A stretch of 34,022 bases of DNA from Arcobacteraceae bacterium (GCA_965224485.1 CBDCZH010000004.1:1-34022), one strand, 5' to 3'. Shown: positions 16,819-27,626, numbered from the stretch's first letter. The notes: generated by a model not told the origin, from the letters alone. A program made the numbers and translations.

Positions 16819-18024
16819 ATGAGCCAAACTTATCAAGAAGCAATTGAAAATTCAAATATTGTATCAAAAACAGATATTAATGGAATAATCACCTTTGTAA
16901 ATGATGAGTTTTGCAAGATTTCTGGTTTTACCAAAAAAGAACTGCTTGGAAAAAACCATAATATTGTAAGACATCCAGATGTTCCTATCAACAATTTTAA
17001 AAATTTATGGAAAATAATTTTAAACAAGAAATCATTTAAAACAACAGTTATGAATCTTTGTAAAGATGGTTCAACTGTTTACTTAAATACTACAATAAGT
17101 CCTATTTTAGATAACAACGATGAGATAAAAGAGTTTATTGCTATTAGATATGATGTTACTAAAGAAGTTGAGCTTAAAAAAGCTTTAGAAAAAAAAGATA
17201 AAGAGCTTGAAGAGTTAAACCAAACCTTAGAATCTAGAGTTTTTAAACAAACCAAGCAGCTAAAAGAGTTAAATAAAACCCTAGAACAAAGAGTGTTTAA
17301 AGAAATTGAGAAAAATAAACAAAAACAAAAAATACTTTTTTGGCAGTCTCGTATGGCATCTTTAGGGCAAATGTTAGCAAATGTTGCACATCAGTGGAGA
17401 CAACCATTAACAGAGTTAAATTTAAGTTTATATAATTTAAAAAAAGCTTCAAAAAATAGAAATGAAAAAGATTTAGATTTTTATTATAAAGATTGTAAAG
17501 AAACTATTTTAAATATGTCTAAAACTATTGAAGACTTTACAAACTTTTTTAATCCAGATAAACCTAAAAAGAAGTTTTTAATACAAAATTCAATAGAAGA
17601 AGCACTTTCAATAGTATCAAAACTTATTTCAAAGAATGAACTAAAAATAAGTACATTTTTTTTAGATCTTAATACTATTGGTGTTTCAAATGAATTATCT
17701 CAAGTAATAATAAATTTACTTCAAAACTCTAATGATGCTTTTACACATAAAAAAATAAGTGACAAAAGAATTGAGATTATAATAAAAGAAGATATACATA
17801 AAAACTTTGCAATTATTACATTTAAAGATAATGCAGGTGGTATTAATCAAGAAATATTGGATAAAATTTATGAGCCATACTTTTCAACAAAACATTCTAG
17901 TGTTGGAACTGGTTTAGGTTTATTTATGTCTAAGATGATAATTGAGAAATCCTTAAATGGTACTATGAATGCACAAAGTATAAATAATAGTACTATATTT
18001 ACTATAACTATTCCACAAGGTTAA
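16819..18024 (+). CDS. Cytoplasmic PAS-domain sensor histidine kinase
   Basis: Aer-like PAS (SKTD..G.ITFVN..FC.ISG...HNIVRHPD), H-box AHQWRQPL, N box, DNAGG, GTGLGL. Confidence 0.93.
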   Translation: MSQTYQEAIENSNIVSKTDINGIITFVNDEFCKISGFTKKELLGKNHNIVRHPDVPINNFKNLWKIILNKKSFKTTVMNLCKDGSTVYLNTTISPILDNNDEIKEFIAIRYDVTKEVELKKALEKKDKELEELNQTLESRVFKQTKQLKELNKTLEQRVFKEIEKNKQKQKILFWQSRMASLGQMLANVAHQWRQPLTELNLSLYNLKKASKNRNEKDLDFYYKDCKETILNMSKTIEDFTNFFNPDKPKKKFLIQNSIEEALSIVSKLISKNELKISTFFLDLNTIGVSNELSQVIINLLQNSNDAFTHKKISDKRIEIIIKEDIHKNFAIITFKDNAGGINQEILDKIYEPYFSTKHSSVGTGLGLFMSKMIIEKSLNGTMNAQSINNSTIFTITIPQG

Positions 18025-18026
18025 AA

Positions 18027-18725
18027 ATGAGTGAAAATTTAGAAAATGATTTAAAAGACTTAAAAGATCTAGTTGTTCTTATTGTAGAAGATGAAATTAA
18101 ACTATCAAAACTTTTAAAAGATGTGATGAGTGATTATTTTAAAACTATTATAATTGCAAATGACGGTAAAGAAGGAATAATGAAGTTTAAAATCAATAAA
18201 CCAGATATTGTAATAACTGATATTATGATGCCAAAAATGGATGGTTTAGAGATGACAATGGCTATAAAAGAATTAGATGAAGAAGTTCCTATTATAGTAC
18301 TTAGTGCTTTTTCTGATACTCCTAAACTTCTTACAGCTATTGACATAGGAATTAGTAAATATTTTATTAAACCCTTTGATCCAGATGAATTAATAGAATA
18401 TTTAAGCACTTTAGCTAATAAACTAAATAAAAAGAAATCTATTGTTTTAAAAGATGGTTTTGTTTTTAATAATATAAGAAATTCATTATATAAGAACAAA
18501 AAATTAATACCTTTGACTAAAAGAGAAAAAGAGTTTTTATACATATTAATAAAAAATCAAAACTCTGTTGTTAAAATAGATGAAATTAAAATGCTTTTAT
18601 GGAGTGAGCTTGTTACTGATGAAAGATTAAGAACATTTATTAAAAGAATTAGGTTAAAAACATCAAGAGACTTAATAGAAAATGCCTCAGGGCAAGGTTA
18701 CTTAATTTCTAAAGATAATATTTAA
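18027..18725 (+). CDS. OmpR-family response regulator
   Basis: VEDE, TDIMMP, KP and a winged-helix C-terminus; 2 bp after the kinase gene. Confidence 0.93.
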   Translation: MSENLENDLKDLKDLVVLIVEDEIKLSKLLKDVMSDYFKTIIIANDGKEGIMKFKINKPDIVITDIMMPKMDGLEMTMAIKELDEEVPIIVLSAFSDTPKLLTAIDIGISKYFIKPFDPDELIEYLSTLANKLNKKKSIVLKDGFVFNNIRNSLYKNKKLIPLTKREKEFLYILIKNQNSVVKIDEIKMLLWSELVTDERLRTFIKRIRLKTSRDLIENASGQGYLISKDNI

Positions 18726-19400
18726 TTTATCTTTGGAAATTTTATCCTTATTAAAAAAACTCTCTTGGCTTATATTTCCTAAATTATTTGTAGTTTGCAA
18801 AAAAGATTGTATATAATAGTTTTTAGTATAGTTTTTAGCATATAAAAAATCTATCATTTCATTTATATCATTTTCATTTAATAAGTCACTATTAACAGTA
18901 GTTCTAACTTCAAAATCTAGCTTACTTTTTATTAAAAAATCTAAAGTTTTTTCAAAGTTTTCAAAATTATTAGAGTATGTTATTTTGGCAAATTTATTTT
19001 CTAAGGATTTAAAGTCTAAAGCTAGGTAATCAATTAATTTTAAATTGACTAATTCTTTGATTCTATTAGTTTGTAAACCATTTGTATCTAATTTGATTTT
19101 AAAACCTAGTTTTTTTATCTCAAAACATAAAGCTTTAAGTTCATGAACAGTAGCTTCACCACCACTTAGAACAACAGCATCTAATAAATCAACTCTTGTT
19201 TTTAAAAAATCCAAAACATAAGCTTGAGTAAATTTTCCTTTATTGCTTAACACAATATCATTGTTATAACAATATAAACATCTCATATTGCATTTAACAA
19301 ACCAGACTACACAAGATAAATGACCTATGTAATCTGTTGTTGTAAACTTTGTTAAATCATATACATTATTCTTTGAACTGAATTCTTTGTACATGCTCAC
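18702..19400 (-). CDS. nrdG: Anaerobic RNR activating enzyme (radical SAM)
   Basis: CNMRCLYC, SGGEAT, KLDTNG, EVRTT; next to nrdD. Confidence 0.92.
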   Translation of the reverse strand: MSMYKEFSSKNNVYDLTKFTTTDYIGHLSCVVWFVKCNMRCLYCYNNDIVLSNKGKFTQAYVLDFLKTRVDLLDAVVLSGGEATVHELKALCFEIKKLGFKIKLDTNGLQTNRIKELVNLKLIDYLALDFKSLENKFAKITYSNNFENFEKTLDFLIKSKLDFEVRTTVNSDLLNENDINEMIDFLYAKNYTKNYYIQSFLQTTNNLGNISQESFFNKDKISKDKLNIIFRN

Positions 19401-19515
19401 CTTTTTTTCCTATATTAAAACTCTCAACAGGTCTATGATAACCCATAACTCTTGTATATACAATACACTTAGATCGTAACTTCTCTAAATTTTTTGGTAC
19501 TTTATTTATTTGCAT
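19366..19515 (-). CDS. Stand-alone 49-aa glycyl-radical domain of class III RNR (missed by the ORF track)
   Basis: MQINKVPKNLEKLRSKCIVYTRVMGYHRPVESFNIGKKGEHVQRIQFKE*; RVxGY motif; AAGGA RBS inside the 3' end of nrdD. Confidence 0.88.
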   Translation of the reverse strand: MQINKVPKNLEKLRSKCIVYTRVMGYHRPVESFNIGKKGEHVQRIQFKE

Positions 19516-21607
19516 TTTTTCTTTCCTTTTCTAAGATTTCTTCATCACATTTAGGACAATACTCATACTCTCCTGCTAAATAACCATGTTTTTGACAAAT
19601 TGAAAATAGTGGTGTAATAGTTATATAAGGTAATCTATAATTACTAATAACATTTTTTACTAATTTTCTACAAGCCTCAATAGAACTTAGTTTTTCTCTC
19701 ATATAAAGATGTAAAACTGTTCCTCCTGTATATTTACACTGTAAATCATCTTGAAGATCTAAAGATTCAAATACATCATCAGTATAATCAACTGGCAATT
19801 GAGATGAGTTGGTATAATAAATATTCTTATCAAAACCAGCTTGTAAGATATTTTCGTATCTTTTTTTGTCTTCTTTTGCAAATCTATAAGTAGTTCCCTC
19901 AGCAGGTGTTGCTTCAAGATTATATAAATTTCCTGTTTCTTCTTGATATGAAATCATAGTTTCTCTCATATAATCTAAAATCTCAATACTTAATTTCATT
20001 CCGTATTCATGAGATATATCATATTTATCATCGCTAAAATTTCTTACCATTTCATTTAAACCATTAACTCCAATAGTTGAAAAGTGATTATTAAAACCAT
20101 TTAAATATCTTTTTGTATATGGATATAATCCTCTATCAAACATATCTTGAACAAAAATTCTTTTTTTCTCTAAAGTAGATTTTGCTAAAGTCATTAACTC
20201 ATTAATTCTAGCAAATAAGCCTTTTTTATCATTTTTATATACATATCCAAGTCTTGCCATATTAAGTGTAACAACACCAATACTTCCAGTCATCTCAGCA
20301 GAACCAAAAAGACCACCACCTCTTTTTAGAAGTTCTCTTAAATCAAGTTGCAGTCTGCAACACATAGATCTTACATGTCCAGGTTTATATGCTTTTTCAT
20401 TTTCTATTAAATTACCGTTTTCATCTTTTATATATTGGCTACCAATGAAGTTTTGAAAATAAGAAGAACCTATTTTTGCAGTGTTTTCAAATAATAAATC
20501 AGTATTTTCTCCATGCCAATCAAAATCTTCTGTAATATTAACAGTAGGAATTGGAAAGGTAAAAGGCTGCCCTGTTGTATCACCCTCTGTCATTACTTCA
20601 TAAAAAGCTTTATTAATTAAATTCATCTCTTTTTGGAAATCTTTATATGTTAAATCCTCAAAACTTTTATAACCTTTTTCTTTAAGAGCATCAAGAAGTT
20701 TTTTATTCTTAAAATCTTTTAATAAATGTTTTTGATTTTTTGTAGGAATTTGATCTTTTAAATCACCTGGAACTACCCAATCAATAGTAACATTTGTAAA
20801 AGGACTCTGACCCCACCTAGCAGGAACATTTAAATTATAAATAAAAGATCTAATTGCTTTTTTAATTTCTTTATATTCTAATTGATCTTTATATACATAA
20901 GGTGCTAAATACGTATCAAAAGAGGAAAAAGCCTGAGCTCCAGCCCATTCACTTTGTAATATTCCTAAAAAGTTAGCCATTTGACCTAAGGCTTCTCGTA
21001 AATGATTTGGAGCAAAACTCTCAACTCTTCCTCTTACCCCATTAAATCCCTCATCTAATAAAACTCTTAAAGACCAACCAGCACAATAACCACTAAGACA
21101 ATCTAAGTCATGAATATGGTAATCAGCGTTTCTATGTGCATAACCTTCTTCTTTTGAATAAACTCTATCTAACCAATAATTAGCGATTACTTTTCCAGCT
21201 GAGTTATTAATAAGTCCAGCATGAGAATAACCGGTATTAGAATTAGCTTTAATTCTCCAATCTTCTCCATTTATATACTCTTGAATAGTAGCACTTGAAT
21301 CAATATAAGTAGTATCCGTATCAAGTCCTAAAACATGTTCTCTTTGCATTTTATGAAGATGTCTATATGTCATAAAAGATTTCATTACTTCAAAATATCT
21401 TGCTTTATACAGCTCTTTTTCAATAATATCTTGAATATCTTCAACCGCAACAACTCTTTTTGTTTTTATAAGTGCTAATACATTAAAAAATATTGAAGCG
21501 TCATAAGTAATATGAACAGACTTAAAACATTTTCTAATTGCATCTTCAATTTTAAAAGCTTCAAATTTTTTATTATAACCATCTCTTTTTAATATCTTAG
21601 TAATCAA
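19502..21607 (-). CDS. nrdD: Anaerobic ribonucleoside-triphosphate reductase (ATP-cone, lacks the C-terminal Gly-radical loop)
   Basis: ATP cone (KRDG...KI..AI), HIHDL, SMCCRL, EATPAE, YTNS, YTGGT, CxxH...CPxC; TTG start with GGAG RBS. Confidence 0.95.
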   Translation of the reverse strand: MITKILKRDGYNKKFEAFKIEDAIRKCFKSVHITYDASIFFNVLALIKTKRVVAVEDIQDIIEKELYKARYFEVMKSFMTYRHLHKMQREHVLGLDTDTTYIDSSATIQEYINGEDWRIKANSNTGYSHAGLINNSAGKVIANYWLDRVYSKEEGYAHRNADYHIHDLDCLSGYCAGWSLRVLLDEGFNGVRGRVESFAPNHLREALGQMANFLGILQSEWAGAQAFSSFDTYLAPYVYKDQLEYKEIKKAIRSFIYNLNVPARWGQSPFTNVTIDWVVPGDLKDQIPTKNQKHLLKDFKNKKLLDALKEKGYKSFEDLTYKDFQKEMNLINKAFYEVMTEGDTTGQPFTFPIPTVNITEDFDWHGENTDLLFENTAKIGSSYFQNFIGSQYIKDENGNLIENEKAYKPGHVRSMCCRLQLDLRELLKRGGGLFGSAEMTGSIGVVTLNMARLGYVYKNDKKGLFARINELMTLAKSTLEKKRIFVQDMFDRGLYPYTKRYLNGFNNHFSTIGVNGLNEMVRNFSDDKYDISHEYGMKLSIEILDYMRETMISYQEETGNLYNLEATPAEGTTYRFAKEDKKRYENILQAGFDKNIYYTNSSQLPVDYTDDVFESLDLQDDLQCKYTGGTVLHLYMREKLSSIEACRKLVKNVISNYRLPYITITPLFSICQKHGYLAGEYEYCPKCDEEILEKERKNANK

Positions 21608-21670
21608 TACAAACTCCAGTTATTTTTTATGAATTATATGCCTTTCATCTTAAAACATCATAATAAAATA

Positions 21671-21687
21671 TGTCACTAAAGTGTCAT
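21671..21687. promoter_or_regulatory. Candidate OmpR/PhoB-type tandem binding site between nrdD and argF
   Basis: TGTCA at 21671 and 21682 (11-bp period): tgtcactaaagtgtcat. Confidence 0.35.
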
Positions 21688-21864
21688 TATACGGGCTCTG
21701 CAGAGTTTTTTAGGACTTAGTTAAATAAATAATAAATTTATAAATTTACAAATATTATTCTTAATATTATTAAAATAGTAAAAAAGAAATATTTACTCAT
21801 TAAGAGAGAAACAAAGCCATTTTTTATATAATAAATACTTTTTAATGAGAATAAGGATTATAGA

Positions 21865-22788
21865 ATGAAACACTTTTTAACATTGGCTGATTATTCAAAG
21901 GAAGAAATTCTTGCGATTTTGCACTTAGCTGAAAAAATCAAACTTGAGACAAAAAATAAAATTTATAAAGAATATATGCCTAAGCAAACTTTAGGAATGA
22001 TTTTTGAAAAAAGTAGTACTAGAACTAGAGTCTCTTTTGAAGTTGGTATTTATCAATTAGGTGGAGTTGGTTTATTTTTATCTTCTAATGATATACAGCT
22101 AGGTCGTGGTGAGCCTATGAAAGATACTGCAAGAGTAATTTCAAGAATGGTTGATATGGTAATGATTAGAACATTTGAGCACTCAAAACTAGAAGAGTTT
22201 GCAAAGTATTCTAACGTTCCTGTAATAAACGGATTAACTGAAGATTACCACCCTGTTCAATTATTGGCTGATTATTTAACGATTATGGAGTTAGGATTAG
22301 ATGAAAATTTAAGCGTTGCTTATATAGGAGATGGAAATAACTTAGCACATTCATGGCTTATGCTTGCTGCTAAACTTGGATTTGAACTTAGAATTGCAAC
22401 ACCTAAAAACTATGAAGTAAAAGAAGAAATTCTACAAAAAGCCTTAGATTTTGCTAAAATATCAGGAGCTAAAATCATTATTTCAAATGACCCAAAACAA
22501 GCTGTAAAAGATGCTAGTGTAGTTACGACAGATACTTGGGTTTCTATGGGACAAGAAGAGCAAAAAGAAAAAAGAGTAAAAGATTTCAAAGGATATATTG
22601 TTGATTCATCTATGATGAAATTAGCAAAAACTAATTCTATTTTCTTGCACTGTCTTCCAGCTTATAGAGAGTATGAAGTAAGCGAAGAAGTTTTTGAGGG
22701 TTCACAAAGTAAAGTATTCCAAGAAGCAGAGAATAGACTTCATGCCCAAAAAGCAGTAATGGTTTATTTAAATAATAATAGAGATTAA
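21865..22788 (+). CDS. argF: Ornithine carbamoyltransferase
   Basis: [28 protein letters not shown]. Confidence 0.97.
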   Translation: MKHFLTLADYSKEEILAILHLAEKIKLETKNKIYKEYMPKQTLGMIFEKSSTRTRVSFEVGIYQLGGVGLFLSSNDIQLGRGEPMKDTARVISRMVDMVMIRTFEHSKLEEFAKYSNVPVINGLTEDYHPVQLLADYLTIMELGLDENLSVAYIGDGNNLAHSWLMLAAKLGFELRIATPKNYEVKEEILQKALDFAKISGAKIIISNDPKQAVKDASVVTTDTWVSMGQEEQKEKRVKDFKGYIVDSSMMKLAKTNSIFLHCLPAYREYEVSEEVFEGSQSKVFQEAENRLHAQKAVMVYLNNNRD

Positions 22789-22818
22789 AATACAAAAAAA
22801 ATACAAAAAAGAGATAAA

Positions 22819-24186
22819 ATGATAGATTTTAAAAAATTTGAAAAATATTCTAAACCAGGGCCAAGATACACGTCTTATCCAACAGCACCTGAATTTAGCG
22901 AAAAGTTTGGTGAAAATGATTTAATACAATGTTTTAAATCACAAAGTAGTAAAAGAGCTCTTTCTTTATATATTCACCTTCCTTTTTGTAGATCTGCTTG
23001 TTACTTTTGTGGCTGTAATGTAATTTTTACATCAAAAGAAGATAAAAAAGTTAAATATTTAACATATTTACAAAAAGAACTTGATTTATTAAAAAAACAC
23101 GTAGATACTTCAAGAGTTGTAACTCAAATGCACTTTGGAGGAGGAACTCCTACATATTTTTCAGCCTCTCAATTAGATGAAGTAATAAATATGATTAAAA
23201 AAGTTTTTCCTAACTTTGCAAGTGATGCTGAAGTTTCATGTGAAGTAGATCCAAGGTTTTTTACACAAGAACATATGGATGTATTAATAAAAGGTGGTTG
23301 TACAAGACTTAGTTTTGGAGTTCAAGATTTAAATCCAGAAGTTCAAAAAACAATTCATAGAATACAACCTTATGAAACAACACAAAATGTAATGAAAATA
23401 GCAAGAGATGCTGGAATTAAATCAATAAATATTGATTTGATTTATGGTCTTCCTCATCAAAACAAAGAAACTTTTCATGAAACAATAGAAAAAGTTTTAA
23501 CTCTTGATCCAGATAGACTAGCTGTATTTAATTATGCTCATGTTCCTTGGCTTATGAAAACTATGAGAAAATTTGATGAAACAACTTTTGCCTCACCTGC
23601 TGTTAAATTAGCTATTTTAAGAGATAGTATTGATTATTTTACTACTCATGGTTATAACATGGTAGGAATGGATCATTTTGCTAAACCTGAAGATGAATTG
23701 TTTAAAGCTATTAAAAAAGGTGAACTACATAGAAACTTCCAAGGTTATACAACAAAAGGTGGAGCTGATTTAATTGGAATTGGTGTTACTTCTATTGGTG
23801 ATGGACTTGACTATTATGCTCAGAATCACAAAGATTTAAGACTTTATGAAGAAGCTTTAGATGAAGGTAAACTTCCTACATTTAAAGGTTATAAACTCTC
23901 AAAAGATGATCAAATAAGACAATTTGTAATAATGGAGCTTATGAGTAATTTTTCATTAAACATAAAAAGAGTTGAAGAAAAATTCTCACTTAACTTTTTT
24001 GAATATTTTAAAGATGATCTAGAAGAATTAAAAGAGTTCCAAGAAGAAGAAATTTTAAGTATTACAAGGGAAACAATTAAAGTTTCTAATACAGGTAATA
24101 TGCTTATTAGAAATATTTGTATGGCTTTTGATGCTTATTTAAAGAAAGTTCCTGAAAATAAAAGAAGGTTTAGTAAAACTATATAA
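22819..24186 (+). CDS. hemN: Oxygen-independent coproporphyrinogen III oxidase
   Basis: GPRYTSYPTA, CRSACYFCGC, GGGTP, RNFQGY. Confidence 0.97.
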   Translation: MIDFKKFEKYSKPGPRYTSYPTAPEFSEKFGENDLIQCFKSQSSKRALSLYIHLPFCRSACYFCGCNVIFTSKEDKKVKYLTYLQKELDLLKKHVDTSRVVTQMHFGGGTPTYFSASQLDEVINMIKKVFPNFASDAEVSCEVDPRFFTQEHMDVLIKGGCTRLSFGVQDLNPEVQKTIHRIQPYETTQNVMKIARDAGIKSINIDLIYGLPHQNKETFHETIEKVLTLDPDRLAVFNYAHVPWLMKTMRKFDETTFASPAVKLAILRDSIDYFTTHGYNMVGMDHFAKPEDELFKAIKKGELHRNFQGYTTKGGADLIGIGVTSIGDGLDYYAQNHKDLRLYEEALDEGKLPTFKGYKLSKDDQIRQFVIMELMSNFSLNIKRVEEKFSLNFFEYFKDDLEELKEFQEEEILSITRETIKVSNTGNMLIRNICMAFDAYLKKVPENKRRFSKTI

Positions 24187-25484
24187 TGAGTAAAAGACTT
24201 AAAAAAACAGCATTTGATTATTCTGCAATTTATGAGGACTGTGTTAAATGTGGTAAATGTAAACCAGTTTGTACTATATTTAATATAAACCAGGATGAAA
24301 CAACGTCTCCTAGAGGGTTTATTGATTTATTAGGAGCTTATGATAGAGGTGAGTTAGAATTAGACTTAAGTGCAAAAGATATTTTTGAATCATGTTTTTT
24401 ATGTACAAACTGTGTTGAAGCCTGTCCTAATGATTTGCCAACTGATATGATAATAGAACAAGTAAGAGCAGAAATAGCAAAAAAGTATGGTCTTGCTTGG
24501 TATAAAAGAGCTTTTTTCTTTTTATTAAGACATAGAAAGATAATGGACTTACTTGCAAGACTTGGTTATGTTTTTCAAACATGTGGATTAAAAATAAATG
24601 AAAAAAAGCAAAGTGCAAGTCCTAGATTTTCTCTTCCTATTATAAAAAAAGATAGGGCTTTACCTTATGCTGATGCTATATCTTTTTTAAATAATTATCC
24701 TGAAAATATAAAATTTTCTACATCTTTAAATGCAAATAAAGTAGCTATTTTTATAGGTTGTATGGGAAACTATGCTTATACAAATACAGGAGATGCTTTA
24801 CTTAAGATATTAGAAAAACTAGAAATTGATGTTATGATTCCTAAAAAACAGTTATGCTGTGGGGCTCCTGCATATTTTACAGGTGATTTTGATACAGTAG
24901 ATTATTTAATTAAGAAAAACATTGCATATTTTGAGACTTTTGTAAATGAAGTTGATGCTATTATTATTCCAGAAGCAACTTGTTCTGCTATGATAAATAT
25001 TGATTGGGCACATTATTTACATGACCAAGAAGATTGGAAAAAAAGAGCTCTTAAATTAGCTCCTAAAGTACATATGGCTACAAAGTATTTAGAAAATAAT
25101 ACACAATTAGAAAGTATTTTAGAAAAAACTAATAAAAAATTCTCTCAAATAGTAACATACCATGATCCCTGTCATGCAAAAAAAATGCAAGGTATATATA
25201 AAGAACCAAGAATTTTACTTTCACAAAATTATGAAATAAAAGAAATGAGTGATTCAAATAGATGCTGTGGTTTTGGTGGTGTTACCATGCAGAGTGAAAA
25301 ATATGACTTTGCCCTAGCAGCTGGAATGCCAAAAGCTCATATGATAAAAGAAACAAAAGCAGATATTGTAAGTGCTGAATGTTCAGCCTGTAGAATGCAA
25401 ATAACAAACTCGTTAGAAAGAGCTGATGTAAATGTGGTTTTTAAAAACCCTATTGAACTAATTGCAGATGCACTAAAGGATTAA
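24186..25484 (+). CDS. Fe-S oxidoreductase, GlcF-like (2x 4Fe-4S + CCG domains)
   Basis: CVKCGKCKPVC, CFLCTNCVEACP, two CCG motifs, YHDPCH. Confidence 0.88.
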   Translation: MSKRLKKTAFDYSAIYEDCVKCGKCKPVCTIFNINQDETTSPRGFIDLLGAYDRGELELDLSAKDIFESCFLCTNCVEACPNDLPTDMIIEQVRAEIAKKYGLAWYKRAFFFLLRHRKIMDLLARLGYVFQTCGLKINEKKQSASPRFSLPIIKKDRALPYADAISFLNNYPENIKFSTSLNANKVAIFIGCMGNYAYTNTGDALLKILEKLEIDVMIPKKQLCCGAPAYFTGDFDTVDYLIKKNIAYFETFVNEVDAIIIPEATCSAMINIDWAHYLHDQEDWKKRALKLAPKVHMATKYLENNTQLESILEKTNKKFSQIVTYHDPCHAKKMQGIYKEPRILLSQNYEIKEMSDSNRCCGFGGVTMQSEKYDFALAAGMPKAHMIKETKADIVSAECSACRMQITNSLERADVNVVFKNPIELIADALKD

Positions 25485-25485
25485 C

Positions 25486-26319
25486 ATGCAGTTTTGGCAA
25501 AATATTTATTCAAATTTCGATCCAGTCGCTTTCCAACTTGGTGATATAGCTGTTCACTGGTATGGAATCATGTACGCAACTGCACTTTTAAGTGCTATTC
25601 TTGTTGCAAAATGGCTTATAAAAAAAGATAAAATCAATATTTCTTCTGATGCTTTTGATTCATATATTTGGTGGGCTGAAATTGGAGTTATATTAGGAGC
25701 AAGAATAGGATTTGTTTTATTTTATGATTCTAATACTATGTATTATCTAAGTCACCCTTGGCAGATTTTTAATCCTTTTTTAGATGGTGTTTATACAGGA
25801 ATATCAGGAATGTCTTATCATGGGGCTGTTATTGGTTTTGTAATATCTTCTTTGTTATATTGTAAAAAGCATAAAGTTTCTTTTTGGTTTTTAGCTGACA
25901 TTTCTGTTATTGGTATATCTTTTGGATATATTTTTGGAAGAATTGGAAACTTTTTAAATCAAGAGTTAATAGGAAGAGTTACTGATGTTCCTTGGGCTAT
26001 ATATATAAATAATGAATTAAGACATCCTTCTGCTTTATATGAAGCTATTTTAGAAGGTTTATTGATTTTTATAATTCTGTTTTTATATAGAAAAAGAACA
26101 ACTTTTACAGGACAATTAGCCTTAATGTATGGAATTCTATACTCAAGTGCTAGAATTGCTGCAGAAACATTTAGACAACCAGATGTTCAATTAGGATTCT
26201 TATATGGAACCTCATGGCTTACAATGGGAATATTAATATCAAGTATTTTTATAGTTTTAGCGATTTTTGTTTATATTAAAAAAAGTATGGAAGTTAAGAA
26301 GGTTTTTTTAAAAGACTAG
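25486..26319 (+). CDS. lgt: Prolipoprotein diacylglyceryl transferase
   Basis: WYGIMY, GMSYHG, GRIGNFLNQELIGR, RHPS.LYEA. Confidence 0.97.
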   Translation: MQFWQNIYSNFDPVAFQLGDIAVHWYGIMYATALLSAILVAKWLIKKDKINISSDAFDSYIWWAEIGVILGARIGFVLFYDSNTMYYLSHPWQIFNPFLDGVYTGISGMSYHGAVIGFVISSLLYCKKHKVSFWFLADISVIGISFGYIFGRIGNFLNQELIGRVTDVPWAIYINNELRHPSALYEAILEGLLIFIILFLYRKRTTFTGQLALMYGILYSSARIAAETFRQPDVQLGFLYGTSWLTMGILISSIFIVLAIFVYIKKSMEVKKVFLKD

Positions 26320-26345
26320 AAAGAAAGAGAAGAATAAATAAATAT

Positions 26346-26606
26346 TTATTCTTCTTCTCTATATCCATAGTCAAGTGCTAGTTCATCAATCTTATTTTTC
26401 AATAAGTCTAATCTCCAACCATGTCTATTTGCAAAATTCTCGATTTCTATTTCTCTTTGTTCAGGAGTACAAAAAACAAAAATTCTTTTTAAAAATGGTT
26501 TTGGAACTTGAATAGCTATTAATTGAAAATAGTTTTCTTTACAGGTTCTTGAGCAAAAAGCTTTACTCATTGCTATCTTTTTCTTACAGAATGGGCAATG
26601 TGACAT
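26346..26606 (-). CDS. Small Zn-ribbon protein (DUF2116-like)
   Basis: HCPFC...FCSRTC. Confidence 0.7.
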   Translation of the reverse strand: MSHCPFCKKKIAMSKAFCSRTCKENYFQLIAIQVPKPFLKRIFVFCTPEQREIEIENFANRHGWRLDLLKNKIDELALDYGYREEE

Positions 26607-26803
26607 TATCTACTACCTTTAGGAATAATTTTATAATATTTAGCATTAGTTATATCTTGAAGGAACTTAGGATCTACTTCATGTAAAGCAATAATATCTA
26701 TTTCTTTATCATCCATAATCCAAGCGTTCCCAGAATCTATAATCTGTTCATCTTCAAACATATTAACTAATTCTTCTTTTGTGATAATAATTTCTTGCAT
26801 CAA
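26606..26803 (-). CDS. Hypothetical protein
   Basis: 65-aa ORF translationally coupled to the next gene. Confidence 0.65.
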   Translation of the reverse strand: MMQEIIITKEELVNMFEDEQIIDSGNAWIMDDKEIDIIALHEVDPKFLQDITNAKYYKIIPKGSR

Positions 26804-26825
26804 AATTTAACCACCAATGCTTAAT

Positions 26826-27530
26826 TTATTTAATTTTAGCATTATCTAATACATAACCTCTATTTGAGTGGTTACGTATAATTTCATAATAAGATTTTTG
26901 TCTGATTTTATTTACAATATTTCTCATTGTATAAATAGACATATTCTTGCCTTTCCATACAACATCTTTAATTGCATCATAATCAACAACTTCATCTTTT
27001 TTCATAATAAGAAGTTTTAAAAATCCTTTTTCTAATCTAGTAAAGTCAATTAAAACTCCACCTTCTTTAAAAAATTGATCTCTGTATTCATCAAAATATA
27101 TACCATTTTGAAATTCAACTTTATCGCCTCTTTTTGTTTGATTAAGACACATAATAACTGAAAGTCTTATGTCTATTAATCTTAAAGGTTTTGAGATAAA
27201 TGTATAAGCGCTATTATTTATAGCAGTTACTACATTATCACTATTATCCTCACCTGAAATTACAATTTTTGGTAGATTTGGAGCTATAATAGATAATTCT
27301 GAGCATAACTCAGAGAAAGATAAACCTTCTGTTACTGTATCTACTACAACTAAATCGTAATTATTACTGGCAGCTAAACTTACTGCTTCGTTAGCATTAG
27401 AAACAAACTTCAATTCTCTAAAATATTCATCGAAATCTTTTTCTAACGTTTCTTTGACACTTGAATCTCCACTAACGAAAAGTAATTTAGCGTTATATAG
27501 TTTTCTTATGTTTTTTGCTGTTTTTAACAT
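26826..27530 (-). CDS. Orphan OmpR-family response regulator, atypical receiver
   Basis: Receiver plus wHTH (VNKIRQK...GY); the acidic pocket reads VSGD. Confidence 0.85.
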   Translation of the reverse strand: MLKTAKNIRKLYNAKLLFVSGDSSVKETLEKDFDEYFRELKFVSNANEAVSLAASNNYDLVVVDTVTEGLSFSELCSELSIIAPNLPKIVISGEDNSDNVVTAINNSAYTFISKPLRLIDIRLSVIMCLNQTKRGDKVEFQNGIYFDEYRDQFFKEGGVLIDFTRLEKGFLKLLIMKKDEVVDYDAIKDVVWKGKNMSIYTMRNIVNKIRQKSYYEIIRNHSNRGYVLDNAKIK

Positions 27531-27626
27531 GGTACACTCTTTTATAATTTTTTGTTATTACGAATACTAACATAAAAAATTACATTTGTCAAAGAAAAAT
27601 TATTTAAAAATAAAGAACTAGTTTAT

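Noticed and set aside
17200..17310. Duplicated ~18-aa unit (LEELNQTLESRVFKQ / LKELNKTLEQRVFKE) in the kinase
   Set aside because: Ordinary signalling-helix coiled-coil repetition in histidine kinases.
18702..18725. 24-bp 3' overlap of the convergent response regulator and nrdG genes
   Set aside because: Short convergent overlaps are common in compact Campylobacterota genomes.
22786..22812. aaaatacaaaaaa tandem between argF and hemN
   Set aside because: Low-complexity A-rich sequence with no evidence of function.
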